24,000 nucleotides of DNA from Escherichia coli (GTDB lineage Bacteria > Pseudomonadota > Gammaproteobacteria > Enterobacterales > Enterobacteriaceae). A program made the position numbers and the translations under genes. Location of the stretch: assembly GCF_022493435.1 (NCBI RefSeq), contig NZ_CP028751.1, one strand, 5' to 3'. This document shows, piece after piece, positions 18,496 to 24,000 of the stretch (within the stretch, counting starts at the first letter, position 1; each line of letters starts with the position of its first letter). The notes beneath the pieces are model-generated. The model was not told where the DNA came from. It saw nothing but the letters and a program-made list of their open reading frames with translations, and searched no databases.

Positions 18496-18791
18496 TTCAG
18501 GCGCTTCGCGAAGTATGTCGCGGCCTTTTGGAGGATGGCCAGTTCCTCAGCCTGCTCCGCCAGTTGTCGTTTAAGGCGGACATTTTCAGCGGCCAGTTCG
18601 CTTTCGCGCTCTGACGAACTCATTTGTTGCTGCTGTTTACTGCACCAGGCATAAAGCTGAGATTCATACAGGCTGAGTTCACGGGCTGCGGCGGCCACAC
18701 CGATGCGTTCAGCGAGTTTCAGGGCTTCGTTACGAAATTCAGGCGTATGTTGTTTACGGGGCTTCTTGCTGATTGATACTGGTTTTGTCAT
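18492..18791 (-). CDS. IS3-like OrfA (InsE-like HTH protein), 99 aa
   Basis: [49 protein letters not shown]... is near-identical in pattern to IS3 InsE. Confidence 0.9.
   Translation of the reverse strand: MTKPVSISKKPRKQHTPEFRNEALKLAERIGVAAAARELSLYESQLYAWCSKQQQQMSSSERESELAAENVRLKRQLAEQAEELAILQKAATYFAKRLK
18525..18530 (-). other. IS3 programmed -1 frameshift motif A-AAA-G
   Basis: The minus strand reads CTC CAA AAG GCC in the orfA frame. Slipping AAG to AAA gives [16 protein letters not shown], which joins the orfB frame. Confidence 0.6.
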
Positions 18792-18854
18792 GAGTCACCT
18801 CTGGTTGAGAGTTTACTCACTTAGTCCTGTGTCCACTATTGGTGGGTAAGATCA

Positions 18855-20013
18855 GATATCTTACCTGGATAGTTCTCGGTTTTACCATGGTTTACGTTCT
18901 TATTCGTCTGGTGACATACGGCTATTACCGGCAAATATCGGAAGAAACTCTTGTCAGGGGGGCCCGGGCCAGCTCCTATTTTATGGAAAGCCTGTATGGT
19001 ATTGCCACGGTAAAAATCCAGGGTATGGTCGGGATCCGGGGAACACACTGGCTTAACCTGAAAATAGATGCGATCAATTCAGGTATTAAGTTAACCAGGA
19101 TGGATTTGCTCTTCGGGGGAATAAATACTTTTGTTGCCGCCTGTGATCAGATGGCGATTTTATGGCTGGGTGCAAGCCTTGTGATCGATAATCAGATGAC
19201 AATAGGGATGTTTGTGGCATTTGGTTCTTTTCGTGGGCAGTTTTCGGATCGGGTTGCTTCGCTGACCAGTTTTCTTCTTCAACTGAGAATAATGAGTCTG
19301 CATAATGAGCGCATTGCAGATATTGCACTACATGAAAAGGAAGAAAAGAAACCGGAAATTGAAATCGTTGCTGACATGAGCCCGGTTTCACTGGAAACCA
19401 CTGATTTAAGCTACCGGTATGACAGCCAGTCAGCACAGGTATTCAGTGGTCTGAATTTGTCTGTGGCTCCGGGAGAAAGTGTGGCTATAACTGGTGCCTC
19501 CGGTGCCGGAAAAACCACATTAATGAAAGTATTATGTGGACTGTTTGAACCAGATAGTGGAAAAGTACTGGTTAATGGCACGGATATACGTCAACTTGGA
19601 ATAAATAATTATCACCGTATGATAGCCTGTGTTATGCAGGACGACCGGCTATTTTCAGGATCAATTCGTGAAAATATCTGTGGGTTTGCAGAAGAAACAG
19701 ACGACGAATGGATGACAGAATGTGCCAGAGCAAGTCATATTCATGATGTGATAATGAAAATGCCAATGGGGTATGAAACGTTAATAGGTGAACTGGGGGA
19801 AGGTCTTTCCGGCGGTCAAAAACAGCGTATATTCATTGCCCGAGCTTTATACCGGAAACCTGGAATATTATTTATGGATGAGGCTACAAGTTCTCTTGAT
19901 ACAGAAAGTGAACGTTTCGTGAATGCTGCCATAAAAAAATGAATATCACCCGGGTGATTATTGCACACAGAGAAACTACGTTGAGAACTGTTGACAGGAT
20001 TATTTCTATTTAA
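18855..20013 (+). pseudogene. mchF: Microcin ABC exporter MchF (CvaB family): C-terminal part only, plus a 3' frameshift
   Basis: Starts abruptly at the IS3-like end. Only the last TM helices and the NBD remain (GASGAGKTT, LSGGQKQR, ILFMDEATS); the C39 peptidase domain and first TM helices are absent. It stops at 19940-19942 after an A7 run (19933-19939). The next frame continues MNITRVIIAHRETTLRTVDRIISI* to 20013. Confidence 0.85.
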
Positions 20014-20048
20014 AATCCACTGGTGTAACTTTGTAAGGAGTTTTGTCT

Positions 20049-20270
20049 ATGGGGGAGGTTAAGAAGGATATAAAAATAACAGTGATTGCTTTTGTTATCA
20101 ATTATCTGTTCTTTTATATTCCGGTGTCATTATATCTTATTTATTACTATGGATATAATTTTTTTAATCTATATATGTTTTTTTTATCACTTGTAGTTAC
20201 ATTTTTATCGTTGTGGTTAAACGTGAATTTTTACTTCTTCACAAATCTTATAGCGAAGGTGTTGAAATGA
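20049..20270 (+). CDS. mcmI: Microcin M immunity protein, 73 aa, multi-TM
   Basis: MGEVKKDIKITVIAFVINYLFFYIPVSLYL... AAGGAG lies 8 nt upstream. The stop overlaps the mcmA start (ATGA). It sits immediately upstream of the microcin M precursor, as in the described locus. Confidence 0.85.
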   Translation: MGEVKKDIKITVIAFVINYLFFYIPVSLYLIYYYGYNFFNLYMFFLSLVVTFLSLWLNVNFYFFTNLIAKVLK

Positions 20271-20545
20271 GAAAACTATCTGAAAATGAAATAAAACAAA
20301 TATCTGGAGGTGACGGGAATGACGGGCAGGCAGAATTAATTGCTATTGGTTCACTTGCTGGTACGTTTATTAGTCCGGGATTTGGTTCTATTGTAGGGGC
20401 TTATATAGGTGATAAAGTCCATTCATGGGCAACGACTGCAACGGTAAGTCCCTCCATGTCTCCCTCAGGTATAGGATTATCATCCCAGTTTGGATCTGGC
20501 AGAGGTACATCAAGTGCCTCTTCGTCTGCGGGGAGTGGAAGTTAA
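20267..20545 (+). CDS. mcmA: Microcin M precursor, 92 aa (class IIb siderophore-microcin)
   Basis: MRKLSENEIKQISGG|DGNDGQAELIAIGSLAGTF...GRGTSSASSSAGSGS has a 15-aa double-glycine leader and the Ser-rich C-terminal tail of catecholate microcins. I recognise it as McmA. Confidence 0.92.
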   Translation: MRKLSENEIKQISGGDGNDGQAELIAIGSLAGTFISPGFGSIVGAYIGDKVHSWATTATVSPSMSPSGIGLSSQFGSGRGTSSASSSAGSGS

Positions 20546-20558
20546 ACCTTATATTGTT

Positions 20559-20587
20559 AATGAAGCACCTGTAACAGGTGCTTCATT
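20559..20587 (+). terminator. Strong hairpin after mcmA
   Basis: aatgaagcacctg, loop taa, caggtgcttcatt: a perfect 13-bp stem 14 nt after the stop. The downstream sequence is AT-rich rather than a clean U-tract. Confidence 0.6.
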
Positions 20588-20721
20588 ATATGATAATGGT
20601 GCCTATGTAACGCGGTTTAAGTTAGGCTCTTCCGAACGTTTATCATTTTATGCATACCGCATAGTAACAATGCCAGTCCGTTTAATTTTTATCATATGAG
20701 ATTGTAACAGAAAATGCTCTG

Positions 20722-21408
20722 TTAATGAGTATAACTGATATAAGCCAGATATTGTATTCCTGCTATGACTGCATTCATCGACATGTGAAGTAATATGGGC
20801 ATTAACAGGCCATTCGACTTTATTTTTGCACTAATAAGAACTAACGATACCAGAAAGAGCATCAAAAATGTACGAAAGTCAGTATATTGTAGATGTAATG
20901 CAGAAAATATGACTGATGTTACAATAGCAGAGATGCAAATATTGTCATTAAACCAGGATTTAAAAGAGTTAAAAAGACACCCTCGAAATACAATCTCTTC
21001 ATATACAGGAACAAGAAGTACAGAAGAAAATATATTAATCCATAAAATGGCCCCGGAAAAAGACATTTGCGAGATCATCCATTCTTCCGTTTTCCTCACT
21101 GCCAGCAGATAAGGGACAAATAACTGAATAATCATTATTAAAGAGAAAAGAGTAAAAAAAACATCCAGTCGAAAAGAACCTCTTCCTAATCCTTCTCTTT
21201 TTCGGAAGAAAATAAAATACAGTGGAACAAGAATTAGAAATTCAGCAAGAAATAATGCTGGAACAAGAAGCCCCCTAGATATAAGTTCCTGCCTGTTTGT
21301 AAGGAATGCAGGAATAAAGGTAATAGAAAATGATAAAGTAAACATTGAAAAGCAGCCGGGTGATGACTGTTTTTTTATAGTTGCATTTTTATTTTTTGTT
21401 ATTTCCAT
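20722..21408 (-). CDS. CPBP-family (CAAX/Abi) intramembrane metalloprotease, 228 aa; probably the gene called mcmM in microcin M loci
   Basis: The motifs EEIVFRG, FSALH and HMSMN sit in a polytopic membrane protein. AAGGAAatataATG supports the start at 21408. Confidence 0.8.
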   Translation of the reverse strand: MEITKNKNATIKKQSSPGCFSMFTLSFSITFIPAFLTNRQELISRGLLVPALFLAEFLILVPLYFIFFRKREGLGRGSFRLDVFFTLFSLIMIIQLFVPYLLAVRKTEEWMISQMSFSGAILWINIFSSVLLVPVYEEIVFRGCLFNSFKSWFNDNICISAIVTSVIFSALHLQYTDFRTFLMLFLVSLVLISAKIKSNGLLMPILLHMSMNAVIAGIQYLAYISYTH

Positions 21409-21502
21409 TTATATTTCCTTACTTGTAAAATTCTTCTATTTAACAGGAAGAGGTAACCATAGAATGAATGTTTATTTTCCTGTATCAGAACAGCCATGAC
21501 TT

Positions 21503-21973
21503 TTATTTTATAGTTGTTATCAGTGAATGAATGCAAACTAATAGAACAATGAGAAAAATAATGGAGAAAAAGCGACGGACCGGACGCCATAGTTCATATT
21601 CTCGTGTATCAGCCTCACGTATCAACCTTTCTGAAATGGTTTCGGTTTCCTTACCTCGTTCCAGAATATGTCTGTAATATTTCCTCATGACATATACCGA
21701 AAACTGAAACCAGATTAATATGGATGGACACACAACACATAAACTTCTGATGATATCACCAGGGAAAGTATCTTGGGCGGGTAAAAGAAAGTCATATACT
21801 CTGAATAAAATCATCATCGAGATAAATGAGACGCCAGCACCTATCCAGTATTCGATATGGGAAGATGCAGCATTATATGCGTCAGTAAAATTTTTCTTTC
21901 TTAATGAAGGTGGAAGTGCTGAAAGTTCAGGAATGCTTTTTCTTGTCCAGTATATTTTCATATAGCAACTCAT
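21503..21973 (-). CDS. Membrane protein of unknown function, 156 aa (about 3 TM)
   Basis: The ORF lies upstream of, and on the same strand as, the CPBP gene, with a Fur-box promoter ahead of it. The start is uncertain (ATG at 21973 or 21959; no SD). Confidence 0.6.
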   Translation of the reverse strand: MSCYMKIYWTRKSIPELSALPPSLRKKNFTDAYNAASSHIEYWIGAGVSFISMMILFRVYDFLLPAQDTFPGDIIRSLCVVCPSILIWFQFSVYVMRKYYRHILERGKETETISERLIREADTREYELWRPVRRFFSIIFLIVLLVCIHSLITTIK

Positions 21974-22056
21974 ATAAAAAGTGTTCTACTTTACTATGAT
22001 GATGACGATTTATAAAAGGCTTATAATGACTACTTCTCCTTTCATTCTCGAATTTC

Positions 22057-22085
22057 ACGATAATGATAGAGATAATCATTATCAA
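22057..22085 (-). promoter_or_regulatory. Promoter with overlapping Fur box for the orf156-CPBP operon
   Basis: gatagagataatcattatc (22065-22083) matches the Fur consensus at 17 of 19 positions, and a second overlapping GATAATGATA starts at 22059. On the minus strand, TTGATA (22085-22080), 17 nt and TATCGT (22062-22057) form the promoter. Confidence 0.6.
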
Positions 22086-22433
22086 TTGACTGTGTCAGTA
22101 ATTTTGACTTACATCACACTTTCATGGTTTAATCAGGTGATTTATTTAATGAAAAGAGTGTGTTTGTGGATGTATTGTGTATATGTCTTACTGGGCATCT
22201 GTTCTTACATTAATTAATATATTGCTATATAAGTATTGGTGGTATTGTCAGTAATATTCTTTTGGTTAATTTAGTTATTATTCCTCACTGATTAATTGTC
22301 CTTCCGTTCTTATTGTTTGTAACTTGTGTTTGTATCGTACCTTTCAGGTGTTGATGCGCGCTTTACTGTGTCTGCACCGGCTTGACAAAATTCAACAGGG
22401 TTTGAAAAGGAACATTTCGTGCAAATAACCTAA

Positions 22434-22931
22434 GCCTTAATTTCAGAGCCGGGAGACATCCGGCGTTTTGTTCAGCAGGCGGTGGACCACTGGCCAAATC
22501 TGTTGGCATTTCACTTCACGCTCTATTCGGCAGAAGGAAACATCAACGGGCAACAGATTCATGCATTCTGTACTGCCTTTTACCGACAGGTGCAAGAACA
22601 TATTACTGAGCGTAATCACACTGCCAGTCCAGCACCGCCGGTGGTATTACGCTGGTTGCGGGAACAACATGGAGGAGCAACAATACGATGCCTGTTGCTG
22701 CTCAGCCAGGCGAGCATTTGCCATCTGCGGGTCAGTGCCACAGTTGATGAAGAATGTTCGCAAGTGGTGGATTTACTGCAGCAGGCCTGGCGGGGGATAA
22801 ACGCTGGCGGACAATGTCGGGTGGAAAGGTGTTTTCGGGTTACCTGGCCTGATACATCAGAGCAATACGTTGCGTTAAAAACAGCTGTTCAGTCTCTGAT
22901 ACCACTGGTTATTGCAACAATTATCCGGTGA
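22434..22931 (+). pseudogene. 5'-truncated second YagK/YfjJ-like gene
   Basis: The frame opens after a stop at 22431-22433 with no ATG: ...DIRRFVQQAVDHWPNLLAFHFTL...VLRWLREQHGGATIRCLLLLSQ. This is the family pattern, but the N-terminus is missing and the H-x-H position reads IRC. Confidence 0.6.
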
Positions 22932-23172
22932 TGATCGGGAGAAATATCAACTCTTCCGTTAATTTTTACAGACTGATAAAGTTTTGTCTGCTGAATCTTT
23001 ATACGGAATTCTTTTCAGTATGTGTACACGAATTGACTCTATGGCGGATAAATACTGTTTTACCTTGGCGGAATTAATCCTCACGTCTTCGCCAGCAGTG
23101 GCAGGATGTCCTGGAGGAGTGTCGGCAGACTGAGGCGGGGCAGAAGAACGGCTGCATATTGCACTGCTGAAT

Positions 23173-23569
23173 GTGGATTACGTCACCAGTTTTGAACTGC
23201 CTTTTCGTCTGCTTTTAACCCGGACGCCACAGCTGATTGTTACACTTCGGGAAGCATGGGATATCAGCCAGAAAAATGTGGTGTTCAACGATAAACGGTT
23301 TGGCTGCGTGTACAGCCTGAAAGCCAGTCTTTCTGGTGTGCCGGATATATTCCGGTATCATCTGTCTCATCGTATTCGCCGGATGGTTGGGAGTGAAAAT
23401 ACATCATCGCCATGGCAGCAAATTGCCCGGGAAGTGAAAGCGCCCCGTGAACGACTGAAGTATGCGCTGGAAACGGGATTGCAGGTGATCGCACTGAACG
23501 GCCTGTTTTGGTCAGACAGTCAGCGTCTGGTGGTGGATATTCTGAGGCTAAGCGCCAACAGACGTGATA
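23173..23569 (+). pseudogene. Degenerate ORF of unknown family, cut by an IS-end remnant
   Basis: Protein-like sequence is spread over several frames from about 23041 (MADKYCFTLAEL.., ..RLRQQWQDVLEECRQ.., then the 23173 ORF). From 23570 the reading frame runs into IS-derived sequence. Confidence 0.35.
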
Positions 23570-23620
23570 CAGGAAATCGTCCGCATCCCCATTTACCGTC
23601 TTATATCACTGGCGCTGACA
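23570..23620 (-). repeat. Solo end of the IS3-family element found at 10051-11680
   Basis: caggaaatcgtccgcatcccc (23570-23590) equals 11639-11659. cttatatcactggcgctgaca (23600-23620) matches 11660-11680 with one mismatch. The two blocks are separated here by an extra 9 bp, atttaccgt. Confidence 0.6.
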
Positions 23621-23788
23621 CTGAAAGCATGGTCGTCAGAGACTCTGTCTGGCAACCAAGGGAGCAGAGGCCGGAGGTAATTGACAGGAGCCTTGCGCCG
23701 GGTTACGTATGTTCTCCCCGGACAGACAGGCTCAGTTTGTAGAATCTACAAATTACTACTACTGATGCTGCCGGGGAAAGGCGTAACG

Positions 23789-23825
23789 AAAAAACAGCCT
23801 CCGTTACCGGATAGCAAGGAGGCTG
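23789..23825 (-). terminator. Rho-independent terminator on the minus strand
   Basis: cagcctcc (23795-23802) pairs with ggaggctg (23818-23825). On the minus strand the hairpin is followed by TTTTTT (23794-23789). Confidence 0.5.
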
Positions 23826-24000
23826 AATGGAGTTTATAGGATTTGCGTTTTTATAATGTCTGGCCATGCGGTAAAACCGGACAGGTTTTATTATCATGTG
23901 AGGTATTCTGACATAAAATGCTGGATTTTTATTTTGTGACGAATGCTGCAAAATTGAATCTGCACTCTGATGTAACTTTTATCTGTTTCAGTGAAGTATG

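Larger units (their letters stand above)
17611..18854 (-). mobile_element. IS3-like insertion sequence (IS3 group), apparently intact, 1244 bp
   Basis: The ends TGATCCTACCCACGTAATGTGGACAC (17611-17636) and the reverse complement of 18829-18854 (TGATCTTACCCACCAATAGTGGACAC) match at 21 of 26 positions. The orfA/orfB products are close to E. coli IS3 InsE/InsF. Confidence 0.92.

Noticed and set aside
17629-18654. Plus-strand ORFs (84-158 aa) and a 96-aa minus-strand ORF inside the IS3-like element
   Set aside because: They are alternative frames of the recognisable orfA/orfB transposase genes, and no independent signal supports them.
18839-18854. Start of the 367-aa ORF (MVGKIR...) as a genuine gene start
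   Set aside because: These codons lie inside the terminal inverted repeat of the IS3-like element and begin with TTG. The true mchF-derived sequence starts only at 18855.
20490-20699. A 69-aa ORF overlapping the mcmA 3' end
   Set aside because: It is out of frame with the recognised microcin gene and reads through the 13-bp terminator stem.
21981-22217. A 78-aa plus-strand ORF upstream of orf156
   Set aside because: It is translated straight across the Fur boxes and promoter of the divergent operon, so it is most likely non-coding. A 22-aa sub-ORF (MKRVCLWMYCVYVLLGICSYIN) is too short to support.
1-24000. CRISPR arrays, rRNA genes, retron-like or integron-like structures, and an integrase gene
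   Set aside because: I saw no regularly spaced direct repeats, no rRNA-like sequence, no reverse transcriptase and no integrase-type ORF on either strand.

Overview
E. coli-type chromosome. The conserved proB-proA operon and tRNA-Thr(CGU) thrW occupy 1-2783. From 2784 to the window end lies an AT-rich, IS-scarred mosaic genomic island inserted at thrW. Left to right it contains: (1) two convergent orphan genes (198 aa and 545 aa) where an integrase would be expected; no integrase is visible in the window. (2) A CP4-57/P4-satellite-like module: an AlpA regulator, a decayed 5' copy plus an intact copy of a DUF3987/YfjI-like gene, about 970 bp of ORF-poor DNA, and a YagK/YfjJ (Inovirus Gp2-like) gene. 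(3) An IS3-family element whose transposase carries two lesions. (4) A stand-alone KAP-family P-loop NTPase. (5) ISL3 and Tn3 transposase wreckage. (6) An accessory class-I DAHP synthase behind a promoter overlapped by a Fur box. (7) An IS110-like scrap. (8) An intact IS3-like element that truncates the microcin exporter gene mchF. (9) The microcin M immunity/precursor pair mcmI-mcmA, then a CPBP intramembrane protease gene and a membrane-protein gene behind a second Fur box. (10) A second, degenerate YfjJ-like fragment ended by a solo IS end. The best candidates for something undescribed are the orphan pair in the integrase slot, the IS-flanked soluble KAP NTPase, and the apparently iron-regulated extra DAHP synthase next to a decayed siderophore-microcin locus. 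None can be assigned a function from sequence alone. No CRISPR array, rRNA or integrase was found.
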